64,000 bases of DNA. Origin: Octopus sinensis. Its lineage: Eukaryota. The DNA is taken from positions 31,434,001 to 31,498,000 of the forward strand of contig NC_043006.1 in the NCBI RefSeq assembly GCF_006345805.1, written 5' to 3'. Under the pieces are notes generated by a model. The model had not been told where the DNA came from. It did not search any database and saw nothing but the letters and a program-made list of their open reading frames with translations. The translations under genes were made by a program, and so were the position numbers. Position 1 is the first letter of the stretch. Every line of letters starts with the position of its first letter. Positions 39,491 through 53,204 of this stretch are shown here, in pieces.

Positions 39491-41769
39491 TTTATATATA
39501 TATAAGCTGTATAGTCGACATATAAACAGGGTTAATCTGTTTCTCCTTAGATTGGAACTCGATTTTCGAACTACATCGGGTTCTCATCAGAGGTGTCAAC
39601 ATCACTTGGCCGATCCCTGAGAAACAAATATCCAATCTGTTAATGTACACAACAAAACCAGCAGTTCCAGAGAACAGGAACAAGTATTTTTACATATACA
39701 TATATGCACACACACATATATATACATATATATATATATATATACATGCATACACACACATATATACACATATATACACACATGTATACATACACACTCA
39801 CATATATATATATGGAAGAATGGGAAGGAGAGAGAGGTATATAAATCTATGGATGGATGGATAGATAGATAGATAGATAGATAAACACGCGGACGAATCT
39901 AATTTGTACTTGAGTAAACTTTGACCCGTTGTTTCAAAGTTTTCCTTGGTGAAGGTGTTATCGCCAAACCCTCTTCAACAAGGCAGTTTCACACATGGAT
40001 GAATCTCATTCAATGAAAGTAATTTGTCGATGCTGTTTTTATTTAACACCAGGTCGTCGCAGAGGCCTCTCATTGATCAACGGCGTTCCCATCTCGTCCA
40101 GTTCGGAATATCTAATGCTTCCATTCATTGTAACGAATAATGTGTGAACTGATGGAGAGTTCACTATTTTTAGTTGGTCAAGTATTTATGTTTAGTTACT
40201 TCGCTGGCACGAGACTGTTTAGAATTCATTGATAGAAGACTAGGTGCCATAGGTGATTGGACGGCTCGTTAGGATAGTCAAGAAATGCATGAGAATGAAG
40301 TTAACACAATTCTAAAAGTTGATGCTAACCCACTTAGCGTCTCTTATTTGAAACAACTATATATGACTAATTTCCTCTACTTCTACACGCTGGGTGTATC
40401 TGTGTATACGATCCTTGTTAAGAGGAGGGAATGAATTTCAGTTACAAGGAACTTGGTGCCATATTGAATTTCAAACAACTGCTTGTACTCAGGGAAGATT
40501 CCTACGTGGTTATTCGATTTACTAGAAATAACAGCTAACTGTTTTTAACAAACCGAAGAACGAGGTTGAAAAGAAAACTTAGGATGGTCATTGCCTGAAA
40601 GGATTTGACCAAAGAAAGGTCTAGTTGACCTGGACTAACCTGAGGCTGAACATAACCAAGCCAGTCCACAATGAATAAATTTATTTTATTTTAAACTAAT
40701 TGATTGCATTTATAAGAATATTTTCATTTGAACCGATTTGTTTAGAAAATATTTTCAAACAACAATTTTCTGTAACTACTTTTTTCATTTCTCGTTTAAT
40801 AAAATTGCTGAGAAAAGTGTACTTTTTGAAAGAGTTCTTCAAAATATTCGATATTATGAATGGGTATCATATCACTAATTATGACTCGTAAATGAAGTGT
40901 GAAGGAATTTCCGAGTGTTGAAGATTAGAATATCAAAAGACGATATTGGTCATATGACTAGCGCGAAAGTTTGTGCGCCACGCTGGGTGTTATGGATGAT
41001 TACCAGCAGCGCGAGGAATATGAAAGAAAAATGTTTCGTGTTAGGAATAGTTGCAATGATGTCAGAATAAGAGGATACAAACCTCAGGAGAGACAGCACC
41101 TATTGCTAGAAATAGTAGCTAAGTCTCTTTCGGTTCACACTCTTTCTACTGCTTTTGGACAATTTAGTGCTCAGCAAACCAATGACATTGTTTGGTCAGC
41201 TTTCTATCCAGGACCATCCTGTTTCACTTCTCACTACACGCATATAGTGTATCTACAATAGAATTACTCAGCACAACCTGACTGGAAGAAGCAGTTTGAT
41301 GTACCATAGGATATTCCTAGATCAAACGACCGCACCGAGGCTCTCTTATTTTACTGTGTGTGTGTGTGTGTGTGTGGTGTGTGTGTGGTGTGTGTGTGGT
41401 GTGTGTGTGCGCGCGCGCGTGTATGTGTGTTTGTTTTTTGCGGTTGTTTGGTCTTAGTTCACTGGTGTACGAACTGATCTATGTTCAAAATCGTTCTAGC
41501 TGTTTTCATCCCGCCTATATTGTTTAGTAGGTCCTTTTTGAGACAATACAGTTTGGTTTGAAGATTTAATCACTTTCAATTTGCAGATAGATCGATTCGT
41601 TGAAGTTCTCACCCCGTAGGTCAGTTTTTATTGAACAGGTTGATGATCAAAATCGTTTCAGCTACGGTATATACCGGACTGTAATTTAGACAACTTAAAT
41701 GTTTCGGTCCATGATTGGCTTAATAGCACCAAATGACAGGATTTGTTAAATCAGTTTTAATCAAATTTT

Positions 41770-41960
41770 GTGGTATCCTGACCCATTCAAGTAGGGAGTT
41801 GTTGTTGATTGAGATCTATCCACGTATATTTGGCTTATCTGGAACCTCTTGAAGACATTTGTCCAGGTATTGTTTGAAGGTGATAAGGTATTTTCCTTTT
41901 CTGATTTGTTTTGGGATAATGTTAAATACATTTCCTTTTTGCATTTGGTTTGCAAGATTT
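41770..41960 (-). pseudogene. CR1/L2-like LINE ORF2 C-terminal relic
   Basis: 41959-41816 translates NLANQMQKGNVFNIIPKQIRKGKYLITFKQYLDKCLQEVPDKPNIRG*. This matches the FN.lP..IR....FK..LDK.L..vPD.P motif of invertebrate CR1-group LINE C-termini. The clade assignment is tentative. Confidence 0.6.
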
Positions 41961-42830
41961 TTTATGTGAATTCGTGTATTGAAGCAAGTTAAATATAATT
42001 TTATTCAATATATCTCCGCTCTCCCTCCACTCCCCTCCCTTTTACTTTTAAAGTTATCTTAGCATTTGAATATTTGATGGAGAAATAAACTTTAGTAATT
42101 TGCTTGAAATAATGCAGTCATTTTGGCAGCCATGTTCATTCGAAAGTGGTGATATATTTCTTTGAAGGATAAGTGTGACGAAGGTTCCTCACATCTGTAG
42201 CTCAAATATTTGTTCAGGTTCCAAACCATCTGGTATGCAGTTGTTATCCTCTTGTTCCTCCATCGCAGTTTCAGTCAGATTTTGATGGAAGATCTGCTTT
42301 CTTATATCAATGCCTTCCTAAATATGTTTGCACTAGGAACTTTGGATTTATATTTGTTTTTTTTTTTAATTTATTTTAGAATAGCTGCGTGTAGGGGGTG
42401 GGAGTGGAAGATGAAATGAGAAGGGAAGGGGTTTTGGTGTGTCTTGTGCATTGTAGCCATATGTTTCTATGTGCATTGCATTTATGAAAGTCCATGTGTT
42501 GGAGTAGGTATGAATGTGTGTACGGGTGAATGTATGCACACATGTTTGTGTATGTTATTTCATTTGTGAATGTATGTTAAATAAAGTACAAGTATATATT
42601 TATAGGCCCATCTACATATATATATATATATGTATGTATGTATAATAAATGTGTGTCTAAGAGAGAAAGAGATAAGGAGAATGATATTCCCTTTATGTCC
42701 GCTGAGGATCGGCGATATCCACCTGAACTAATATCCATCTGGTTACCAGCGGGAAACTTTAGTATACATCTCATTGTATGCTTTCTCTCATTCTATAGTT
42801 TATTCAGATATGTACACACACACACACACA

Positions 42831-42865
<35 letters not shown>

Positions 42866-43444
42866 TTTACTCTTTCTTCATTCTCTCTCTTTGCTTTGTC
42901 TTAGTTCTTGTATTTATCTTTTCTTCTTTCATTCTCTTTGGTTTTTTCTTTCCCTTCTTTCTTTTTTCTTCTTACTCTTTTTTCAGATTCCTTAGCCCAT
43001 AACTACAACAGCCCTTCTAATCCCATTTTAATACAATCATCTGATAAGGATTCCGCTTTATTTAGGTTCTCCTCATCCATCAAATAATTCCTCAAATTTC
43101 ATATTGAGTTTCTTATTGATTTTCCTTCGATTACTAAATCCCATCTATGCTGACAAGAACTAATCAGTATCGGGGTTAGTAAGCAAAGACCCAATCTATT
43201 TTAGGGACTCCACTTGTCCTTTGGGCTCTGTTAGTGCCAACCCACTGTTTTATGCTAAATATAAATCGACATTGATGTGCTCTTCCCTATTGCAGTAACT
43301 TTTGAACAGTGGTCTCTTTTCCCACCTTCCTTTCTCCCCATTAATTCCGGAGGTGCTGAAAAGGGCCACATGCACCTGTCGTTTTTTCTCTGAGACATAT
43401 GGCTTGGGTATGCGGTAAGATGTTTAAGGTCAACAAAACTCCAA

Positions 43445-43686
43445 GATGAACTGAAGGCAAGGATTATCGCACCATTCACCAAATTAAACTAGGAGACCGC
43501 CCAGAAGAGTTGTAGAAAATCCCGAAGTCGTCTGGAGGTCGTGTTTGAAGTCAATGGTGATTTTATAGAACAAATTTACTCTTTAGTATTTCAAGATATT
43601 TTTATGTAATTCTAGTAAATATATCTGTTAAAATAAGATGTTGGTGTTACTTTGCGTAGTTTAGACAACAATACATTCGCCGCACC

Positions 43687-43689
<3 letters not shown>
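43445..43689 (+). pseudogene. Tc1/mariner transposase C-terminal relic plus 3' terminus
   Basis: DELKARIIAPFTKLN*ETAQKSCRKSRSRLEVVFEVNGDFIE resembles the C..FR.RLEAV..A.G..IE end of Tc1/maT-type enzymes. The element ends CGCCGCACCCTG|TA, a CAGGGTG-type TIR next to TA. Confidence 0.7.
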
Positions 43690-43726
<37 letters not shown>

Positions 43727-43978
43727 ATATATATATATATATATATATATAGATATATATATATATATATATATATATTAATATATATATATATATACAG
43801 GGTGCGGCGAATGTATTGTCGTCTAAACTACGCAAAGTAACACCAACATCTTATTTTAACAGATATATTTACTAGAATTACATAAAAATATCTTGAAATA
43901 CTAAAGAGTAAATTTGTTCTATAAAATCACCATTGACTTCAAACACGACCTCCAGACGACTTCGGGATTTTCTACAAC
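43509..43978. repeat. 470-bp inverted repeat: 181-bp arms around 108 bp of (TA)n
   Basis: 43509-43689 versus the reverse complement of 43798-43978 is 180/181 identical by manual alignment. Confidence 0.95.
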
Positions 43979-45082
43979 ACACATATATATATATATATAT
44001 ATATATTAATATATATATATATATACGTGTGTGTTAGTTAGTAAATTCGGCTCAAAAGCAAATAGCAAGGCCATGTAGGGGGACATGGAGTTAAGTACAG
44101 GGTGTCTATGCTTATCCTCCATCACCACTTGACAAACGTTATGGATACATTTATGTTTCCGAGGGCGTAGTGGCTCGGCAAAAGTAACTGATAGAATAAG
44201 TACCAGGCTTTACAAAAAAAAGAAACAGTTCTGGGGATCGTCGATTCGTTCGACAAAACGCTGTTAGGGCGATGCCCCAGCATGGCCGCAATCTAATAAC
44301 CGAAACAAGTAAATAATAAAAGATGCATACCTCTTGTATGTATATAGTACCTCTTGAGGTACTATATACATATGCTGCAGACAAGCACCCACTCCTACAT
44401 CGGCTTCACTTACTGTTAAACCAAAGGATTAATTTTTTTTAGGATTTTCTTTTCATACATTCATTCGATAGATAATGAATTACTGATGCTTCATACGTTC
44501 ACCCCAGCCTGTGCACATATCACTAGACCTGTTCAGGTCAAGGTCTGCGCTCGTTAGGTTTTCTGAAAGAGACTAGTTTTTTTTTTGTTTGTTTAGTTTT
44601 TTTCCTTTTTTTTCTTTTGAGAACAATCAGTTATCAAGACAGAAGACTAATGGGGAGCAAAATAAAAAAAACAAACAAACAAAAAGAACTGAGGGACAAA
44701 CATACAGACAAGAGAAGGGAGTCAGAAACTGACAAGAGATATAGAATACACACACACACACACACACACAAATAAGAAACTAGAAGGACGCAGATGTGAG
44801 AAAAGCTGAGAGAGGAAAGGGGTGGAAAAGAGCGAGTGTGTGTGTACATATGTGTAAATGTCTTTTTATAGTAATAGAAGCTTATTTTGAACTTAAAACA
44901 TTTCTATTATTTGACGTTACTATTTCTAGCTCGTTTCAAATTCTTGTTTGGTTTGTCACCATTGTATTAGAAGCAGCAAACATTAACATGGAGAAGTAAT
45001 CTCGAAAACAAGTCGGCGTCTTCGGTTTCAATCTGGGTCAAAATTATATAATTTTAATTCGATCTTCTGAAGACATTCTTTC

Positions 45083-45595
45083 TAATTCTGGCACAGAGGC
45101 CAGTAATTTTTGAGGGAAGAGTGTTTCGATAACATCGACCCTGATTCTCGTCTGGTACTTATTTTATCGAACTCGAAAGGCATGAAAAACAAAGTAAACC
45201 GTAAAATTTGGGGGAAGGGATTAAGTCGATTATAACGACCCCAGTGCGTAACTGGTACTTATTTAATCGACCCCGAAAGGATGAAAGGCAAAGTCGACCT
45301 CGGTGGAATTTGAACTCAGAACGTAGCGGCAGACGAAATACCGCTAAGCATTTTCGCCCGTCGTGCTAACCTTTCTACCAGCTCGCTGCCTTAATTATCT
45401 TTTCCACTATAGGCACAAGGCCTGAAATTTTAGGGGAGGAGTAAGTCGATCACATCGACCCAAGTGCTCATTTATCGATCCGAAAATGAGGAAAGGCAAA
45501 GTTGACCTTAGCAGATTTTGAACTCGGAACGAAAATATGGGACGAAGTGTCGCTCAGCATTTTGCTTGGCCTGCTCACGATTCTGCCAACTCGAC
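45083..45595 (-). mobile_element. Cluster of three same-orientation SINE family B copies
   Basis: The family-B motif series recurs at ~45083-45200 (3' part), ~45201-45392 (well conserved) and ~45393-45595 (diverged). Confidence 0.75.
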
Positions 45596-46367
45596 GTTTT
45601 CATTAGTTGAAAATTCAGGGAATCGCCCAGATCCACGAAACAGAGATCGAGAGAATGAGGAAAGGAGATAGAGACAGACAGACAGACAGACCAAACGTGA
45701 CCCCCATCCTCAAGTTGTCCTTTCCTATTTCAGGATTCCGGTTGCTTTATAACCAGTGCTAGCTTGCTCATTCATTCACTCAACATCATAAGCCCGCCGT
45801 TATGGATTAGTCCTTAAAATTCCACCAGAATGTAGAGATATTTGTCATTTTACAGTTAAATCCTCATTCTCAACATCAAGACAGCGAATTGACATAGGAA
45901 TTAGAACATTGGATACAACACCGTAGGCTATTTACCCTGTCTTTCTGCGCTCTGAGTTCAAATGCCGCCGATATCAGCTTACTCTTTCACCATTCAAGTA
46001 CCAGACTTAGTTGCACTGCGTAAAAGATGAGTGATTTTTATGTGTTGCTTTCAACAGAGGAGGGCTGAGTGAAAAGCTACTGATCACTTCTCATAGAAAA
46101 ACTGATATTATACTGGAACAGACCAAAGACCGGTCTACAGCAGAATCTGGAAGAATATGGAAAAGAAATAAGAAGAAATCTCTAAAATAACTCAATATAA
46201 ATTGTTTATTTTTGAATGCAGAACCAAAAGCATAAAATGCAGTTTGGAACATTTCGTTTCTGCATACAGTTTGGTTTATGCCATTGTGGAACATCTGAAA
46301 TTTTGGAAAATGCTTTGTTACACATTTAGGAAAATATTAACATATCCATCATTTGTGTATGTATATG

Positions 46368-46404
<37 letters not shown>

Positions 46405-46406
46405 CT

Positions 46407-46489
<83 letters not shown>

Positions 46490-46744
46490 TTTCCTTTTAA
46501 AATGCCTATGTATATGGGGGGTGAGGATCTGAAGAAGGCTGGTATGGGACTGTTTCTGTTTCATTGTCTTAAAACAAGTGAGTTATACAGCGAGTTTTAA
46601 AACACACACACACACACACACCAGGGTTTAGAATAGATTAATCTAATTGTGCGTCGATTAAGGTTGCCCAAGAAACTCCCTTCATTTTTAACTTTTCCTT
46701 TCTCTTCCCCTCTCTCCCAATCTCTGTCTCGCAGTCCCCTCCTC

Positions 46745-46793
<49 letters not shown>

Positions 46794-47082
46794 TAGCAAC
46801 ACCCGATACTCATTACAACAGCTGTCAGGTTTTCTATATTCTTGCGCCATGTTCGGCACAAATTAATCCCCCCAGTGTAATTAATTAGAACCATCGCACC
46901 GCTCGAACACGTCACCCCCACAAGTCTAAGTCTACATCCGTGCTGTTTGAGATCGGTTTTAAAGAATTAAATGCTGTAGGTGGGAACCTTTGCCTATTAA
47001 CCGTTGTGGAGTGACGCGCATTATAATGAACGGCAGCTTTCTTCAAAACTATCAAATTTCTGATACACACCCCCACCTACAC

Positions 47083-47152
<70 letters not shown>

Positions 47153-47796
47153 GCTTCTACACCCCTATTTCGCATATTCCTTTAACGTCGTCTGCTTGTA
47201 CTAGGTCTTGACTACTAGGCGATAAATGGGAACCACTCGGTTTCTTGTAACAACGACACCTCCAAGAAGATGCCCCATAAGTGCTATTATTTTATTATTG
47301 TTGTTTCTAAATCACCCCCAACACACACACACATGCACTGAGGGTACAACTTCAGTGTAGTTTCAATTTCCTTTACAAAAAAAAATAAATTAAAAGTAAG
47401 TAAATAAAGTCTCCTGAAGATTGCTGTTTGGGTTAAACGATGTGCGAAAAGACAAATCCCACGAATTAATTATGTAACTCTACACTTTACATTACATTGA
47501 GCACTGCACTACTTTGCATTTGAAATTTAGGAGACACTAAATTGTATATTCTTTAACTTGTTTCAGTCATTTGACTGCTGCCATCCTGGCGCACCTTACC
47601 TGAACTAATCGACCCTAGTACACATTTTTAAGCCTAGTCCTTATTCTATCGGTTTCTTATGCCGAACCGCTAAGCTATAGGGATTAAACACACCAGCATC
47701 GGTTGTCAAGTGGTGATAGACGGACAAACTTAGACACAAAGACAAACACACACACTGACATATATATATATAGGTATGTATATATATATATATAGG

Positions 47797-47829
<33 letters not shown>

Positions 47830-47875
47830 GTATGTATATGTGTGTGTATGTATATATATATATATAATTAATAAA

Positions 47876-48125
47876 TAAATGCGGCATTTTAAAGCCTAGC
47901 CAGGCTCATGGGCCCGGTTTCCAGGTTTCAATGGCGTATGTGTTCTCCAGCTGGACGGGACGCCAGTCCATCGCAGCGTTACTCATTTTTGCCAGCTGAA
48001 TGGACTGGAGCAATGTGAAATGAAGTGTTTTGCTCAAGAACACAACGCGTCGCCCGGTCCAAGAATCGAAACCACAATCTTACGATCATGATGCTGGCAC
48101 CCTAACCACTAAGCCACGCGCCTCC
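47876..48125 (-). mobile_element. SINE family C, young copy
   Basis: Collinear with 38041-38290 along its whole length. Confidence 0.85.
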
Positions 48126-48311
48126 ACACACACATATATATATACACACACACACACACATATATATATATACACACACACACCACATATATATATACAT
48201 ATACTTATATATATCCATATATATATGTATATATACATATATATACACATATATATATATATATGCATATATATATACATATATATATACATACATATAC
48301 ATATATACATA

Positions 48312-48439
48312 CAGTGTAGTTCAAAAGTCACCACACATAAGAACAATTTATTTTTTATAAGAAACAGTTTTTCTTATAAAAAATAAAATTTCCTTATAAA
48401 AAATAAAATTTTCCCATGTACAGTGACTTTTGAATCACC

Positions 48440-48442
<3 letters not shown>
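48312..48442. mobile_element. Small mariner-type MITE
   Basis: TIRs are CAGTGTAGTTCAAAAGTCAC and the reverse complement CACGGTGATTCAAAAGTCAC (16/20). TA lies on the left and TGTA on the right, inside a TA/CA microsatellite. Confidence 0.6.
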
Positions 48443-48481
<39 letters not shown>

Positions 48482-49150
48482 TATATATATATATATATAT
48501 ATATATGACGAGCTTCTTTCAGTTTCCGTCCACCAAATCCACTCACAAGGATTTGGTCGGCCCGAGCTACTGCAGAAGACACTTGTCCAAGGTGCCACGC
48601 AGTAAGACTGAACCCAGAACCATGTGGTTGGGAACCAATCCTCTGTGTGCTTTGTTTTGTTTTTTGTTTTTATTTTCATTTTTTTTTTTTTTTTTCTTTA
48701 AAAAATTCATGAAGACTAAACTATTGAAACCGAAACGAACAAAGCCAGTTCTCACATCTTTTCCTTCCTCCGACTCAGATATTACATTTTTTTTGCCAAA
48801 CTAAGAACTTCCCAAATGCGTGACTTAACCACAATTTCTCTTTGTTGAATGTTTTCCTTTTTAATTCATGTTTTGTTGTTTCTCAAATTCTTTTTAAAAT
48901 AACAAATTCAATAATAAAAGAAATAATAAGATTAGGGATTAAAAAAAAGTGACAAAAAACAGCAAACCAAAGACCGACGTCCATCTGTTTGCAGATTTTA
49001 CAACAAAAGATGGGCGAATCACTTGTTTTAGTATCGCATATCTTCGAGGAATCTTAGACACTTAAACGAAATTCTTGCTTTTGGTTACAGAAAGACTAAA
49101 CTTTATCTCCCAAGACTTCCTATTATCTGTTTAATTATAGAAGCTATTCC

Positions 49151-49181
<31 letters not shown>

Positions 49182-49802
49182 GGTTGTGATAGTGCAGTGG
49201 TTGGTATTGGCAATGGTGGTTGTAGTGTTGCTTTGTTGTTGGTGGTGGTGGTGGTCATGGTGTTATTATTGGCGTTAGTGGCACTAATTGTGGGGCTGTT
49301 ATGGCTATCATTGGCGGTGGTAGACGTAACGCTGATTTCGCGAATAAAGAAGAACAGCAACAAAATTATAGTAAAAACTCATTTGAAAAGTAACCAAAAC
49401 CTTAAAGAAATATTCGGTAAATTTTCATTGAAAACATCCGAAACCCGAAATTATATGTAAATCTGAGACTGTCTTCTTTAATTTTCTTTTAGAAATTTTA
49501 GACTAATGAGATTTTAAATTCTTTCGGCACTGCAGAGCATAATTTGTTAAAGTCAATGTTAACAGCCCTATAAAATATTTGCCTCAAATGTCGGGGAGGT
49601 GTGGAGTCCATGTATTTCTAAATCGTTGGGTGAAGTGGATCAAAGTAGCTTGCTGCTTGGATCGAACCTTGGCTGCAGATGGACGGGACAAAGAATTTCG
49701 TACATAGCCTCCATTTTTACATATATGCAAGAAATTGAAGTTGTGGTGCACAAACGTCGTTTGCTCAAAGCATGACTATATATTTGTGTATACTTTCTCA
49801 CC

Positions 49803-49836
<34 letters not shown>

Positions 49837-49865
49837 TGAGGGAGATAAATTAATATGTCCTGCCA

Positions 49866-49904
<39 letters not shown>

Positions 49905-49920
49905 TTGTGTGTGTGTGTGT

Positions 49921-50145
49921 GGAGGCGCGTGGCTTAGTGGTTAGGGTGTCAGCATCATGATCGTAAGATTGTGGTTTCGATTCCTGGACAGGGCGACGCG
50001 TTGTGTTCTTGAGCAAAACACTTCATTTCACGTTGCTCCTGTTCACTCAATTGGCAAAAATGAGTAACGCTGCGATGGACATACGCCATTGAAACCGGGA
50101 AACTGGACCCATGAGCCTGGCTAGGCTTTAAAAGGGTGCGTTTAT
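49921..50145 (+). mobile_element. SINE family C, young copy with a small internal deletion
   Basis: Same head and tail as 38041, but lacks the TGGCGTCCCGTCCAGCTGGGGAAC segment. Confidence 0.85.
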
Positions 50146-50193
50146 TTTATGTGTGTGCGTATGTGTATATATGTATGTAGATGTATATATATA

Positions 50194-50433
50194 TTTACTC
50201 TTTTACTTGTTTCAGTCATTTGACTGCGGCCATGCTGGAGCACCGCCTTTAATCGAGCAACTCGACCCTGGGACTTATTCTTTTGTAAGCCCAGTACTTA
50301 TTCTATCGGTCTCTTTTGCCGAACCGCTAAGTAAGGGGACATAAACACACCAGCATCGGTTGTCAAGCAATGCTAGGGGGACAAACACAGACACTCAAAC
50401 ACACACACGCATATATAATATAGATATAGATAT

Positions 50434-50487
<54 letters not shown>

Positions 50488-50638
50488 ACGAGCTTCTTCA
50501 GTTTCGTCTCCAAATCCACTCACAAGCTTTGGTCGGCCCGAGGCTATAGTAGAAGACACTTGCCCAAGGTGTCACGCAGTGGGACTGAACCGAAACCATG
50601 TGTTGGTAAACAAGCTACTAACACACAGCCACTCCTGC
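50194..50638 (-). mobile_element. SINE family A, full length
   Basis: GTTTCAGTCATTTGACTGCGGCCATGCTGGAGCACCGCC, internal (TA)n, and CACACAGCCACTCCTGC. Confidence 0.9.
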
Positions 50639-50719
50639 TGTGAAAATTTGTTTTAGTTATTTTCTCTTTCATTAGTTACATATATATATATATATGTATG
50701 TATGTATGTATGTGTATAG

Positions 50720-50754
<35 letters not shown>

Positions 50755-51911
50755 TACATACATATATATAAGAGGGATGAACACTAGGTGTACATTCAAT
50801 ATACTAAATGTAGGCCACTGGTTTAAATTGATATTAATCAAATTAATATTCAATTTTTTGCCATTATTATATATATGTGTGTATGTGTGTGTATAGGTGG
50901 GTTATATGAGATAATGGAGAGAACTAGGAACATTATAAAATTGGTAAATGCGAAAAATTAGCGGTAGAGAAAGTATGAGGGGGTTACTACAAGATTGATT
51001 TCTGTAGGAATGGTAAAGTAATGAAATTACAAAGGATTAGAGGAGGAGAGGGAGGTAGAAGGGAGCGTTCGATGGATGCAGTTTTCTTTCATAAACGGAA
51101 GAAATAAAATGTATTAGATGAGCGATGGTGATTAGGTGGGTTACATGGGGTCTGGTGAGAAAGAGGGACTAATTAATCAGTTGGAGAGGGAATAGAGAAA
51201 ACAGAGAGAGAGAGAGAGAGAGAATGAAAGAAGGAATTGTTTTTGATTCGCAGGAACGAAGAATGTTTTAAACGAGAGGAGAAGAACAAAGAAAAGAATG
51301 AAGTCTGAGGAAGAGACAGATGTTTGACCACTAAACATGGTCAATGCATACCTTTTGATCTCCGACGGACATTTACTTCTTCACCCACAAACCTCACTAT
51401 CTCTCTCAGTCTCTGTCTCTCTCTCCCTCCCGTCCCTAATCTTGCATACATTTACTACCACCACCAGCACCACCACCACCGCCGCCACTGCAAGCGAAAT
51501 CTTTGGTTCTTCCAAGCTGAGTTTACGGCAAGTTTGTGTTGCTTCAGGTGTTCAACCTCAAGGTCTGCCGTCTTCCTACCTCCAACCCACACCGCGTCCT
51601 TCTTCGCATTTACTCTCTTTCTTCTCTCACAACAGATTTGCAAAGCAGTTTATTAGCTTCTTATTTGTTTTAGTTATTTTCATTAGTTACTCTATCTCAC
51701 ACACACAAACACACGACGTGTGTGTGTGTGTGTGTTAATGATTTTCCGAAAATCTAAATAAAACCGTCAGGTGCCAAATACTTTACGAAGGTTTAAGGTT
51801 TGGGGTTCTGTTGGAGTGGGCAGGGGCAGAAAATTGAACGGTTAACTGACTTTCAAGACTTTTTTCGTTAAATTTCACAAAACTGCAGCCTCCAACTTTG
51901 AACAAACATAA

Positions 51912-51965
<54 letters not shown>

Positions 51966-52446
51966 CACGACACACACACTTCTATATATTTTGTTCCTTT
52001 TTCAAAGGACAGCAATTTCAGCGTGAGAGGGCAAATCCATTGATAATAAAAAGCAAACTTGACTTCGGCAGAGTTTGAATTCAGAACACTTAAAGCCGGA
52101 AATATAGCTAAGCATTTGTTCGCCGCCCCGCTAAAGATTATGCCAGTTCACCAACTTAGAGGTGCAGCAAGACAGTTTTTCCGACGCTCAAACGATTCTG
52201 TAAACACGCCATACACACGCCATCATATTAAGATTAAGTTGTTGGAAGGGTCATAATGAATAGTGCGTGCGTGTGTAAAAGAAAAATTTAAGAAAAAATA
52301 AATATTCTAAACATTCCACAAGAGACAGCCCCTCCCCCCAAATAACAAAGGATGGAGAAAATGTTGACCCCTGTTTTCCTTGTTTATTTGTGGTGTATTC
52401 TCTTCAAATTTAGTGACACATTTGTTCTGTACAGCTGGAGGAAGAA

Positions 52447-52493
<47 letters not shown>

Positions 52494-52550
52494 TCACACA
52501 TACACACATTCCTATATTATATATATATATATATATATATACATATATAA

Positions 52551-52975
52551 ATCATCATTTAACGTCCGCTTTCCATACTAGCATCGGTTTGACTAAAAAC
52601 TGGTATGCCGGGGGTACTGTACCAGGCTCCAATCTGATTTGGCAAGGTTTCTACTGCTGGATGCTCTTCCTATCGCCAACCACTCCGAGAGTATACTGGG
52701 TGCATTTTACGTCCCCCGGCACGGGTGACGATGACCTAACACTGACATCGATCACGACTACGGCCTCCCTTGGCTTGACAGGTTTACACAAGTACGGTAT
52801 ATCGCCAAAGGTCTTTGTCACCTGTCACTGCCTCCATGAGAGCCAACGCTCGAACATTGGTTTTTTCGTGCCACCGTCATGGGTGCCATTCAGACGGCAC
52901 TGGCATCGGCCACAACAACGATCTCACTTGGCTTGACGTCACTGCCTCAGTGAGGTCCAACGCGCGAACGGTACT
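52551..52975 (-). mobile_element. Retroposon remnant with (ATG)n-type tail and internal repeated GTCACTGCCTC blocks
   Basis: ATCATCATTTAACGTCCGCTTTCCAT end, GGATGCTCTTCCTATCGCCAACC motif, and duplicated GTCACTGCCTC...CCAACGC.CGAAC. The family identity is uncertain. Confidence 0.45.
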
Positions 52976-53204
52976 TTTTGTTTTTGCCTTAGCCATAGCT
53001 ACATAGCATAACATGATTGCATTATTAAGAAATATATATATATAGATATTATATATGTATATTATATATATATATATATATATAACTATATATATATAAT
53101 AATATATATTGAATTATTTTAGAAAAGGTTTTGACTCAAATTTTCTAGCATTTCACGCGGTTATAATAATCTTCATCTTCGTTGTTTCTAAGTGTAGTGA
53201 ATTT

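Larger units (their letters stand above)
47551..48635 (-). mobile_element. One SINE family A copy split by insertions into its internal microsatellite
   Basis: The 3' half is at 47551-47745 and the 5' half at 48507-48635, on the same strand and in collinear order. Microsatellite, a family C SINE and a MITE lie between them. Confidence 0.7.

Noticed and set aside
49921-49995. tRNA gene (also the heads at 31079, 38290, 39170 and 48125)
   Set aside because: A- and B-box-like motifs are present, but the acceptor stem does not close and each runs into a SINE body.
52352-52936. Longest ORF in the track (194 aa), and similar [16 protein letters not shown] ORFs throughout
   Set aside because: These are read-throughs of microsatellites and retroposon remnants, with no protein family signal.
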